This document shows, one piece after another, positions 24,201 through 35,100 of a stretch of 64,000 bases of DNA. The notes beneath the pieces were generated by a model. The model saw only the letters and a program-made list of their open reading frames with translations, searched no databases and was not told where the DNA came from. The translations under genes were made by a program, and so were the position numbers. Every line of letters starts with the position of its first letter. Positions within the stretch are counted from its first letter, which is position 1. The stretch is from Yuukianura sp. NJ FZ-2021 (taxonomy: Eukaryota), in NCBI GenBank assembly GCA_046563655.1, contig CM102288.1, forward strand, positions 6,200,001 to 6,264,000. Direction: 5' to 3'.

Positions 24201-25629
24201 TAAGACATTTGCCAAGAATTCGAAACCATGAAGGGGGAAGTGTTCCATTTTATTAAAAAAAAAGAAGCTTTTTGGGGTTTTTTAACAAACAATTTAGTCA
24301 AAAGTGAAAATGTCAAAAACTGAGAAAGTCAAACATAATAGGACGTAGCCTAAACCAAATTAATTGTAAAGATTGGCCTTTTCACTTTTTGACCATTTAA
24401 ATTTTTGACTCAAATAATTTTGAGCATTTGACCTGCTATGGCTGTATTTGGAGATGCTGAACTGCGTGTTGGTTTCTGTGGAAAGTAGGTCCAGGAACTG
24501 GTGGAACCTAATGAATACTTCACTCGGCCCTTGTTTTGAAGGATCAAGTCTAAAAGCTTTTCTCTCTCAATGGAGTCGACAGTGAGAAATGAGAGAAAAC
24601 AGAAAGAGCAACGAATTGGGTACTCACTTTCCCCAAAGGTCATGACTTATTCACCAACTCCAGACACACATCTCACCCAATCAGCCATACTCACTGGCAC
24701 ATCCATCAACCTACGAAGAAACAAGGCTCCAATCACCAGTATCTACATTTTTATAATTCTGAAACCAAAAATCAGTCAGCCACATGATCAAGTCGGTCAT
24801 GTGACATATTTTTCATAAAAAAAAATATCCATGGAAACGGGTAAGCACGGACAAACAATTATCACAAATTAGTAGTATTATAAGTACAGGTTAGGTTAGG
24901 TTAGGTTAGGTTGTATAAAGCACAGACGGACAGACAGCCTTAACATTTCATTAGTAATACCAAAAATATTTTCCCCGCGCAAAAGTGGTGGGAAAGGTGT
25001 GACCAATATTGAAATTAAAAATATTGCAAAGATTGAAAAATATTGGAAAATTGAAAAATCCAATTTTGTAAAATTTTGAAGCATCCAATTTTGAAAATTT
25101 TGAAAAATTGAAAAATCCAATTTTGCAAAATTTTGAAGCATCCAATTTTGAAAGAAATTTCTTACTCACCTCTTGGACTTGGACTGACGGTGATCATGAT
25201 TGTGGGTACTTCGGAAGTAGTGAACCTGTATTTCGACAGAAAGTCAAACTTCATCTTCCCTTTCTGGATAAATCCAAAGACATTGGCCACTGCCCTCTCG
25301 TAGTCTCTTTTGTAAAACATAGAAAACGGAACAATGAGTCCCACCGAAACATTCTGTGTCCCACCCACATTCACTTGCACTGGAGAAAGGGTGGGAGGGG
25401 GTGGGGTCGTCGTGGTCCCACCAACACTGATTCCTTGCCCTCTATTGATATTCCTTAAAGCGTTGATCCCACCGCCCAAGGTCATGTTCCTTCCCCCACT
25501 CCCGATGGAAATCCCTGACCCACTTCGTCCTCCGGTGGGACTTGTTTGGTTGGTGGGTTTCGGCATTCGTTTTTGAGCTGCAGTGAGCGTGAGGATCCAT
25601 AAAATGAGGGCCACTTCAAGGGACCTCAT
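3279..25629 (-). CDS. Nmdar2: NMDA-type glutamate receptor subunit 2 (GluN2/NR2), N-terminal part; 3' exons lie left of the window. Coding exons: 25629-25170, 11592-11414, 6039-5932, 5847-5544, 3613-3279
   Basis: All four junctions are GT-AG and phase-consistent. Joined product: signal peptide [18 protein letters not shown], then ...[66 protein letters not shown]/...[39 protein letters not shown]...[17 protein letters not shown]...[11 protein letters not shown]...FPVGML/GVHFNT...[16 protein letters not shown] recognise this as the arthropod NR2 amino-terminal domain. Confidence 0.93.
6463..6593 (-). mobile_element. tRNA-derived SINE-like element (tRNA-like head + 3' hairpin)
   Basis: Minus strand has A-box-like TAGCTCAACTGTGAGAGC and B-box-like GGTCGAATCCC, then a T-rich stretch and the hairpin CAGTTGGTA..TACCAACTG. 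Head and tail are both shared with 21123-21258. Confidence 0.6.
6801..7009. repeat. Foldback-like element built of short modules (TGTCAAC on the left arm, GTTGACA/GTTGATA on the right arm)
   Basis: Motif orientation flips at the centre. The ends TTGTGTCAATTGAATT / AATTTATTTGACACAA are imperfect inverted repeats. Confidence 0.6.
16744..18812 (-). CDS. Clip-domain trypsin-like serine protease nested in Nmdar2 intron 1. Exons: 18812-18719, 18627-18302, 18166-18073, 17943-17881, 17775-17733, 17604-17441, 17369-17161, 17099-17066, 16913-16744
   Basis: Signal peptide ([21 protein letters not shown]) and clip-like CVALDLC..CG..VLC. Activation site ECG..GR/ISGG, then GEFPW, CGGALVS. Catalytic motifs TAAHC, DDLAL and GKDSCKGDSGGP, plus PGVYTKV..Y..WI. 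All junctions are GT-AG and phase-consistent, ending at TAA 16746-16744. Confidence 0.95.
21123..21258 (-). mobile_element. tRNA-derived SINE-like element, second copy
   Basis: Minus strand TAGTTCAACGGTGAGAGCG...GGTTCGAGTCCC. The tail AAATCGATTGCACAGTT...ACTGTATATTGCAAGAAAGG matches 6463-6510. Confidence 0.6.
21305..21676 (+). CDS. Putative small secreted/GPI-anchored Cys-containing protein (123 aa), single exon, antisense within Nmdar2 intron 1
   Basis: ATG-initiated ORF with a hydrophobic N-terminus, a GC-richer acidic core with 4 Cys (C, CC, C), a small-residue stretch (AGHASS) and a hydrophobic C-terminal tail. AATAAA lies ~20 bp after the stop. No family recognised. Confidence 0.5.
   Translation: MAALTLPFTLTLILMVTLTFDPALTLTQAQLDHYCTTMVNEEDDSDLTASGVDLREETQAMREYRRAIRPCCIGGTWTSTLGACSRLENREAISLKGQPAGHASSTLLFYVILLLVLHFNFIF
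23312..23566. mobile_element. Second, inverted and more diverged copy of the CAGGG-ended hAT MITE family
   Basis: The reverse complement of the right end (CAGGGATGCCAAAAATATTTAGTTTCCATGCCCGTAATGTTAA) matches the left end at 26014. Ends are CAGGCTTGTCAAAAAT / TGGCATCCCTG; the TSD is degenerate (GTTATTAG/ATTACTAG). Confidence 0.75.
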
Positions 25630-26149
25630 TCTCACAACGCCTGTCACTTCAAATCCCTTACAAATGGGGTCCACGTTGGAATAAAAAACACTCACAAAAC
25701 TGTCGGCGCTTGATGAAAATCAATGAGGGGATTTTCACTCAAAATGTGTTTCTGGTTTTCACAAAAACGAAAACTTCTTTTCAACAAAATCAGATGTCCA
25801 GAGAATGGAATATTTCTGGAAAAGAGCAAAAACAGAGTTTCAGAATTCATAAATCAAATACAAAATTTAATCCCCACAACACTCTTCGCTTTCACGTTCA
25901 CATTCGTGTGTATACTTGTGAGTTGTAAACAAAATCCCTAATTTACTTTCACTTCCACCCCAATAACCAACATAGTTTTTGTGAGAAAACTAAACATATA
26001 CGTGTATTATTTGCAGGGATGTCAAACATATTCAGTCTCAATGCCAGTAATGTTAAAAAATATTTGCGGGGTTTTTGTTTCCTAAATATTCATTTATTTG
26101 CCGATGCCCTTAATATAAATTAAGTAAATATTTTAACAGTTAAAATTAA

Positions 26150-26947
26150 TAGACATGCCCCGATTCATCAATTGGCCGATGCGCCGATGCACATATTCTT
26201 TGAAAATTCCAGAATCGGCGAACCTATTAATAGCCTATTAATAGGCTTACTAGGCCGATTAGTAAAATGGCAGACATGTGCCCAATCCCTCTCCTCCTCC
26301 TGCCCTGTTATTGGTTTTTACCCAATTTTTATTATGAATTAAGTCGTTTAGTCTGCGCAACAGCGCAGAAACTGCGCAACAGCGCAAAAACTGCGCAACA
26401 GCGCAGAAACTGCGCAACAGCGCAGAAACTGCGCAACAGCGCAGAACCTGCGCAACAGCGCAGAAACTGCGCAACAGCGCAGAACCTTCGCAACAGCGCA
26501 GAAACTGCGCAACAGCGCAGAACCTGCGCAACAGCGCAGAAACTGCGCAACAGCGCAGAAACTGCGCAATATATGAATATTATGTATATTAATATTAATT
26601 ATATACTCTGAACTTCGAAACAGGAAATTTTCATTAGAATGGTGTTCCTAGCCTTAAATTCCATATAACTGACCGTTTACCAGAAATCTTACGGTACTGG
26701 GGGAGGCGCCTACTACCAATCCTCCAATCGTGATTTTTCCCTTATTTAGAGAATCCACTGTATGTGTTTTTGTATTAAATTGATACAATTACTGTTAAAT
26801 TTTGCCTGATTTTTATCATAAATTAATAGGCCAAAAATAGGCCGTATTAATCTGCCGATTTTGTAGGCGGCCTATTATACCGATTCTGGAAATTAGCCCA
26901 ATAATAGGCACCGATTAATCGGAAAAGGATTAATCGGGGCATGTCTA
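26150..26947. mobile_element. Non-autonomous hAT-type MITE (inner) carrying a 19-bp minisatellite
   Basis: TIRs TAGACATGCCCCGATT / AATCGGGGCATGTCTA. Perfect 8-bp TSD AAAATTAA at 26142-49 and 26948-55. Subterminal CCGAT/ATCGG and TAGGC motifs. Confidence 0.9.
26353..26569. repeat. Minisatellite, 19-bp unit CTGCGCAACAGCGCAGAAA, ~11 copies
   Basis: Directly visible tandem array; each unit contains the inverted repeat CTGCGC-AACA-GCGCAG. Confidence 0.97.
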
Positions 26948-27929
26948 AAAATTAACATAAAAAAATATTGTTGAAAATATTTCGGGGGCTTTTGGCATAT
27001 ATTTTTGACAACCCTGATTATTTGTAATGTAGTTTAGTGGATACGTGTAGTTTAATTTTGACTGAAAATCATTTCAATTCCCTTTAGTATAAAAATTTTG
27101 ACTGAAAATCATTGTACAATATAAGAGTAAAGTTGAGCTAAAAGGTTTAAAAATATGTGCATCAACGGAAAGTGCTGGCTTAGGATTTGTGTAAGTGAGG
27201 ATCCACAGGAGAAAGAGAAAGTTCTTTCTTGCTTAAAAGGCTCTTTGGACAGAAAAAGTAAAAGTAAAAGTGGAGCATAAAGGCTTGAAAGCCTTTTTCT
27301 CTTTTGTTCTCTCCTTCAAATTAATATGTTTACACAAATGAAACACAAATAGACTCCATGCTGCTTTGTTCTCCTCAAAATCACAAAAGAATTCCCTTCT
27401 TTACCGCTCTCCATTGTTCAGAGTCAAAGGAACAGAAAAAACATGCGCAGAAGGACCAGAGATCAATCACGAAATCCACCCACTTTTCAACTTTTGACTT
27501 TTCACAGTAAAAGCAACAACTTTTGACTTTCTCCTGGAAACTTTGATTTTTGAAAGTTAAAAGCAACAGTTTTGGAAATCTATTTTTAGTGCTTTTCAAG
27601 TTGGAAACTTGATTACAGTTTGAGTACCTCCCGTCACTTTGTCAATTACTGCTCAGGGAATTTGAATCAGTAAATTGGACAGGCGCTGCTCATTCAAGCG
27701 CAGAATGAAAGATAAGTCGATTAAAAGTGTTGAAATTGAAAGCAAATTGACATCTACTCGAATGGTGTGACTGCTTTCACTCAACATCACTCTATCAGCC
27801 CCAATTACAAAGCTTTATAGTGCTCAACAGGTGAGGAAACACGTTTTAGCAACACGCCACTCCACAAGAACCCAATAAGTCACCTGTAACCTCCTGCCCA
27901 TCTTCAGTAAAGTACTTTCCAAGATAGCG

Positions 27930-28672
27930 TGGAGGGAGTAACTATTTTTTTTTAACCCAGGAAAGCATTTCACAGAAGTTTTTCCTTTAAAAGTTTCTCT
28001 GTCGTAGTGTTTTCACACTATTTGAGTAGATTTTCATTGTTGAAAATGGAGGGAGTAACTATTTCACAACTAAGAAATTGTTATTCCCTCCAGTTGCTGC
28101 AAATCCAACGGTTTTTGACCGTAAATATTATTCATGTATTTTTTACTACAGGATTTTCAGGATCTTCCAATAAAGTATCGTTTCTGAAAAAGGTTTGGAG
28201 GGAGTAACTATTTTGTTCTCAAGAAATAGTTGCCGGTAACCTACAGCCTTCCTTTTTCATAGAATACTGAGTATTATTTCCTACCACAGGATAAAGTATC
28301 TTTTCTGAAGATGGTTTGGAGGGAGTAACTATTTTAGTCTCAAGAAATGGTTGCTGGGGGGCCACAGAACTTTTTTATTGAACATGCGTGTTTTCCCACA
28401 ATAGTATTTTCTCGCTTTTTCACAAAAGTACTAACGTTGAGGAGTAACTATTTCTGAATGAAGAAAAGGTTGCCGGAGGCCTATAGACCTTTTCCGTATA
28501 AACGTTTCCCACCGTAGTACTATTTTCATGCTCTTTGAGAAAGGTATCATTGCAGAAGATGTCCGGAGGGAGCAACTACTTCTCAACGAAGAAAGGGTTG
28601 CCGGAAGTCCAGAGACCTTTCTCTTGTAAATTTTTAATTTCTGCGGATGGCCAGAGGGAGTAACTATTTCTG
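27930..28672. repeat. Array of 7 diverged ~120-bp units with conserved core GGAGGGAGTAACTATTT, most forming hairpins
   Basis: Cores at 27931, 28048, 28197, 28318, ~28439, 28565 and ~28654. Most are followed ~10 nt later by a complementary AAAT(A/G)GTTGC arm. Confidence 0.8.
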
Positions 28673-30586
28673 AGTGTAGCAGAGGTATCCGAGGGTGCAC
28701 AAGGTATTTTCGGGAAATAATTTTTCCGCCCAAGTAATTTTTGCTTTCTTTTAACTTTCTTGTCCTCTGCCTTCTAGTAATTCAAATAAATAAACAAAAA
28801 AGCTTGTGACTTTTTCTGAGCAAAGAGAGAAAAAGGCAGTTACGCTTTATTTTGTCAAAACAAAGTTAAAGATGTTTGAAATTCAAAAAAGTATTTCCAA
28901 CATCTTTTCCCGTTCTAAAAATCGAGAGAAAATTCAGAGCAAGGCCGTCACGCTACGGAGTCTTTCCCGTTTTTTCTTCCGTCTTTCAACTGCCGCCAAA
29001 GTTTCTTTCACAACTTTCTCCTCTTTTCAAAAACTTTTGAACCACCTTGTACGTTTTTCTTTCAGAAAAGAACATTGTAACATTCCATAAGTGTCCTCCG
29101 AATTATGGAACCAAAGCAGATGAAATAATAAAAATTGACTTGGCGCTCCCTATTCGAATTTCTCTCTCTTTTGAAATTTCCCTCTCTTTTTGAATTTCCC
29201 TCTCTTTTCGGTTCGTAGTGTAATCTAGTTTACGACCATCTTACATAACAAAATAGACTTTTTCAAAAAGAGGCGCGTTCTTTTGGGAACACGAAAATAT
29301 GAATACCATTACTCTTCATGTGCACAGTTACACAAAACTAAGTTTCTGACATTTCGTGTTCCTCCAAAAACAAGTTGCACTAGTTCGTCCTAACTCAATC
29401 TTCCCAGTTAGCCTAACCTAAGCCTAACGAGGTTAACTTAACCTAATTTTAGCCTACTTTAAAGTTTTAGTGTCAGATCAACTTACTTGAAGTGTGGTGG
29501 TGGTTGTTCAAGTGCTTGAGGTCAACTTCAACTTCAAAAAGAAGGAAACGGGCCATGCAAATCCATGTAAAGGGCGTGAACTGGTGAAAATAGTGCACAG
29601 ACGTCCAAATAAGTGTTAGTTACCAGAAGCCAACAAAAAAGTGCACGGTTATAAGAGTTGCACGACAATCAAATCACAAGTGTAACAATAGGTAGCCGTT
29701 CGAAAACTGCACAGGTAACTAAAGTAAGTAACGTCACAGTAGCACAGTTGTACCAAAAAAGTGTACTGTTTCAAGAGTTGCACAGTTACCACAAGTCCAA
29801 AATGTGCATTTTAAACAAGTTGCAGCATTACCAGCAGGGTTCCAAAATTTGCAAAGTTACCAATGTGAAAACAAAAGTGCACACGGTAGGAAGCGGTCCA
29901 AAAATGTGCATAGTTCCGAGATTCCCGAAAGTAGCACAGTCACAAGTGCACAAAATGCATAAAATGTAAAATGTGCACAGGGTTAAAGTTGAGACAACCA
30001 AAAAGCGTGGGCAGGTCAAAGGTCAGCTCCATTTTCCAAACTTCCTACAATCGTAAGTTTGTCCAGAATATGGGTGGAATTGCTGACACAGAGAAAGTGA
30101 CTTTGTTTGAGTGTGTCTGGACTGGAACTGAGTAAATGTGGTGCGTTGAGTGAGATGCTTAGCCCAGAAGTGGTTCGTGTGCTGGTCGAGATGTGGAGAT
30201 GGTGAGGGAGACAGTGAGTGTGGTCCAGAGTAGATGCTGGTGGCTCCACTGCGACGACATGCGGCACACCCCTTTCTCTTTCCAAACTTTCACTCTTTCC
30301 TTCCCAATTTAGACTTTTTAGGAACAAATCTTCTCAATCCAAAGACCAAAATAATCCTTCAACCGGAAACACGATAGAGCACATCTCCTCATTCACATCC
30401 CAGGGGAATTCTATGCGTCTTATTCCTGTAGGAGGATTACAAAAATGTTAGGTTAGACAAAACAGACGTTAGAGGACAAGACGCTTTTTCAAACCCTGTA
30501 TACACACACAAAAACGGTCAAGAAGCTTCCAAGAGAATTGCTGACATTTCGACCATACAGACAGACAGACAGGCAGACAGACGGAC

Positions 30587-31444
30587 CAGAGGTGGTAGCC
30601 TGCAACTATTTTCCCCAACCTGCCCCGCCTGCACTGCAGGAATTTTTAGCCTGCACGCCTGCAGCCTGCAAAATTATCAAAAATCGGCAGCCTGCACGCC
30701 TGCACCTGCAAGGCTCCTCGGCAGGCCAGCCTGCAGCCTGCGCAGGCTGCCTGCAGTTAGCCTGCATTTTTTTTTATACGAACTGTAATCTACAAAAATT
30801 TTAATATACACTTACAACTACTGCGTAAATTCGTTTGCGTATAACGGCAATTACTCAATCACCCTCGATTATCTGTCGGTTGTCCTTTCCAAACACGTAG
30901 GGAGAAAAATTCCTAGTAATAAATTGTTTTACGACACTGCTACCTTACTTTTGGTTTGTTTAACTTTTAAAAATTCTGGATCCTTGCACATAAAAAAATC
31001 CTCAAAAGTTATACTGTCAAATCTTGCGTTGCCTACACGGGCAAGTGTAACGCCAACTTTACTTAACCATATTTCTGCCTCCGGATTCATTATTTATTGT
31101 TTAAAGGCCCTATAGTGCAACTAATGTGCAGCAAAAAGTTTGCATAGTTCCATTGACTTTAATTCTTCAACATTCCAAAGTAATTTTTCTATTCGTTTCT
31201 GTCTTTTCTTGAAGTTTCTGGGAATAAACTCTCAAAAAATCACAACCCGCAGCCTGCAGGCGAAATGCAGGCTCCTGCAGGCGCCTGCAGAGCATTGCAG
31301 GCCGAACCCGCCCGCCTGCAACATTTCCAAATAAAAACCTGCACGCCTGCAGCCTGCAAAAATCCACCGCAGGTTGAGCCCGCCTGCACGTGCTGCAGGT
31401 TAGCCTGCAACCTGCGCAGGTTTACCTGCGGGCTACCACCTCTG
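30587..31444. mobile_element. Non-autonomous hAT-type element (858 bp) inserted in a (GACA/GACG)n microsatellite
   Basis: TIRs CAGAGGTGGTAGCC / GGCTACCACCTCTG. Perfect 8-bp TSD AGACGGAC. Dense subterminal GCCTGCA/TGCAGG motifs around an AT-rich non-coding centre. Confidence 0.9.
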
Positions 31445-32170
31445 AGACGGACGGACGGACAGACAGACAGGCAGACAGACGGACGGACAGACAGGCATAA
31501 ATTCGACTATAAAGTAGCTTTTTCTATTTAAAAATACAAGCTTTGTGAAGTTATGTGTAAACATACTTCACATAAATTGTTTTTTTTTACCGTTGGGTTA
31601 AAATTTTTAAAATTCTGAAAATGAAAACTGGTTTTTGCCTCTGCTGAACACGAATTTTGTCACATTTATTGGACATTTGGGATGTAGAAACCAAACCGTA
31701 TTTGTGAGCTTACACCTAACATTACAGTTGAGTAAAGCTTACAAAACTTTGTATACAATTCAAACACAAGTAAGTATCCCATTGTACTTAACTTTTTAGC
31801 AAAGCAAAATTTATATAATTTTATATGATGTATATAATTTTATATAAATTTGAGCAATAAACATAGCTTGCTCGAGCTGACACTAATAAATTGCATGCTC
31901 AGTGTCAGCAGTTAGGCTAAAATCACAAGAAGAAAGGCGTTGCTTTAGTTAAGTCAGCAATTAAACAACGGCTTTGAGCTAACATCAGTCTCGAATCAGT
32001 AAATGTTAGGCTACTCACCCTACCATAACATATGTAAATACGTGATAACTGTAAAAACTCTTCACTTTTAGTTAGCCTTAACTCTACTTTACTCTACTTT
32101 TTACTTTACCTTTACCTTCTGCTTTACATTGTACTTTTACCTTACCATACTTTCACTTTACCTTTCCTTT

Positions 32171-35100
32171 TTAACTCAAAATCTGAATTCGGTTGATCTT
32201 TTTGCAAGAATCGTCCAAAATCTTTATCGCAAAGTCCTTCGCAGCTTCACGAGCAGCCGCTCTCGCAGTTTTTTCACGCATGTCTTCTGCGATTGGCTCC
32301 ACTTTTGACCTTGCACTTGCGCATTTTGCAAAATAAGCTCCATTCTCTCCAAGCGATTCAGCGTTTCCAGAAATCACCACAAACAGCTTCTCCATCAACA
32401 CCCAAATGGCAGTACGCACTTGTGGATCCTCATCTTCCAATCCAGTCTCAAGCCACTGCCACACCTAAGAAAAAACAAAATTTTGAATTAGAAATTTAAC
32501 AAAGAAGTTTTTCTTTTCTTTTTTTTTTAAGAAAACTTTTTCGAAAACTTACATCGACCAAAATTTGTTCCAAGATGGTCGTTCCAAGTTGCGGGACGAG
32601 AGCAGCTATGACTTGGTATGCAGACATTTTGAGTTGGGGATTCGCGTACTCTCGACTGACGTTGAAGCAGACGTTGAGCACTGGAATCAAATACACGGCA
32701 GCGATTGGACCAAGACTTCCGAGAGCCTTGCACAGAACTTCTCCCATTTTGAGCTGAAAGCTGACCTCCTGCGGGGTCAACAGGTCAACTTTCCCGCCTT
32801 TCCGTTTGGGATCAGCTGCAAACAGAGTCAGCAGCTCCACAAAAGTTGTTTCGTGGTGCTCCACAGTGAGAACGACGAGGGCGTTGATGCAGTGATTATA
32901 GATGTACTCGTCATCGCTCTCCAAAGTCACCAAAAGTCGCTGTTTCACCACATCAAAACTGGTGCCGATATCTGAAACAAAAAAAAACTGAATTTTAACC
33001 ACAAAGTTCAAAATGTTGAATTTTGATGAAATCTTGAAAGTTTAAAAAAGTGGCTGAAAAAGTAGCAGGACAATGTGTGCTATCATAGCCTTCGGATTAG
33101 ACCTTTTCTAAATTAGAGCCTGATAGCTTAATGGTCAGACCTATTCCCCGTATGAAGACTTCTGGGATCCAATCCCGCTCGGTTTGTTATTTTTTTAAAT
33201 GTCTTTTTTCATATTTGTTTTCAAAAAACTTACTTGGGTGATGCTCCAGAATCAGTTTTTTGAGTTGGATGAGTCCCATGCCCACAGTTCCAGGAATGGC
33301 TGAACTGAGACTAAAAATGGCTTCTTCCACGGTGCCCTTGGAACCGTGATGCCCAGTGTCGCTTCCTTTTCCACACCGCGAAGCTCCCCCTTCGCTCCTC
33401 CCGCGCGTTTCAATGAGAGTGATGAGTTGTTCTACTCTGTTTGAAATTCCAGTTTGATCCAGAATTGGGTGCTTCAAGTCCAGAATCTTCTGTAAACTGG
33501 GTTTCATTTTGTTGAGATTGTCCCAGCCAATGAGCGCAGTCTCCAGCCCTTGGTCTGGAGGGGGCCCTTGAGGCTCTTTCCAGTGTGAATCCTTGTCCAT
33601 TTCGTACGTCGTGTCAATGAGCACTCCGAACAAATCCAGCGTCTGGACGAGTGTCGAAGTGAAAGGGAAGTCCACGCTTGGCTCATTTTGAGTCGTCCAA
33701 TCAGCAATGTCGGTAACCAGTTTGTCCAGAATCAGCTGGAGGGAGGCCAAAGAAGTCTCTTTTAGTCCGGACACGAAGGAATCAAAAACGGGTTCGTCTG
33801 AACCGAACTCCGAAACGATCAGCGACCCCACAACTTTCTGCAACAAAATGAAATATTAGTGATGGCACAGCAAAAACGTTGAAAAAACGTTTTAGAAAGG
33901 GTAAAAAACTGTAAAAGAAAATGAAAAACGTTTAAAAAAGATCACAAACTTTGTATGTTCAAAAAACGTTTAAAAAAGGTGAAAAAACTATAAAAACGTT
34001 CCGAAAGCGTTTAAGAAGAAGGTGAAAACACTTTGTAAAACCGTTGAAAAAACGTCTAAAAAAGGTCACAAAACTTTGTATAAACGTTCAAAAAACGTTT
34101 AAAAAATGCAAAACAAAACTTGAAAAACGTTCAAAAAACTTTGTAGCGACTTTGAACAAACTTCTTTTTATAAAGTTTGATTTTTTTTTGAAGAAAAAAG
34201 TACCTGGACTGTAGCGTAGTTTGACCAATCCAATTTTTCGTCGTCCATCTTGTACAGAATTTTTTGGTTTCGAAATTTCGAATCAGGGAACAACTGACCT
34301 TCAAAATGCAGAAATTCACCGAAAAGTAAATTCTTGGTGGCTTGGTCCAGTTGATTGAACAGAAGTTTGGAAATGTGCTTTGAAGCAGATTCCAAGTGAC
34401 CTCGAATCTTGTCCTTTGTCAAGTTCAATCGCTGAAAACTGTCCAATCTTGACTCGTCATCGCTGTTTTCCTCCTGTTCTGGACAGCATTCCGTTCCAGT
34501 GCTTTGAACAAGTTCTGCTGCCAGCGGACTCACTTCTCCGCAATGTCCAATGATTAAACTGACCACGAATTCTGCCAGTTTCTTCGGTTTCGGCTCCTGG
34601 TCGAGGTTTTGTGGCTCAAGCTTGGCGTAAGTCTGGATAACTTGGACGATGAAGGCACCCAGTTTAGATTTTACCTCGGCCAGGAACTTGTTATCTCCGA
34701 CTTCAACGATTGGCTGGTCCAGGTGACAAGAGACACACTCGAAGATGGAAGTAACACAAAACCAATGGGAGCGATAAGCTAAGAATTTGGCGGGTTTAGA
34801 CAAATCCGGAAGTTCGAGGAGCAGAGAGTACAATTTGAGCAGACTCAGAACTTGACTTAGTTTGGCTTTCTTTGGAACTGGACATTGGTAGAATTCAGCG
34901 ATTGGCGAAAAGAGCTGGAGATGACTATCTTGTCTCTGATTGGTCGAGAGCTGGCTATCTTGCTTGTGATTGGCTGAAGCAGAACTGGATTGAACTGAAT
35001 TGGATAATACTTTGTGTTGGTATCTGGACACTCCGAGGTAGATTGATAAAGCAACGCGTTTCACCGGATCAGCTGAGTTTTCACTGCGTAAGATTTGAAT

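Larger units (their letters stand above)
26014..27016. mobile_element. Non-autonomous hAT-type MITE (outer), interrupted by a second MITE
   Basis: TIRs CAGGGATGTCAAA / TTTGACAACCCTG. Perfect 8-bp TSD ATTATTTG at 26006-13 and 27017-24. Confidence 0.88.

Noticed and set aside
26259..26611. Cys/Arg-rich ORFs (LRSFCAVAQFLRCC…)
   Set aside because: Translations of the 19-bp minisatellite inside a MITE.
27930..28672. CRISPR array interpretation of the repeat-spacer pattern
   Set aside because: Eukaryotic context with no cas genes. Spacers are ~75-130 bp, uneven in length and partly homologous to each other.
30538..31531. PAAC-rich ORFs
   Set aside because: Translations of the GCCTGCA subterminal repeats of the non-autonomous hAT element; no transposase motifs.
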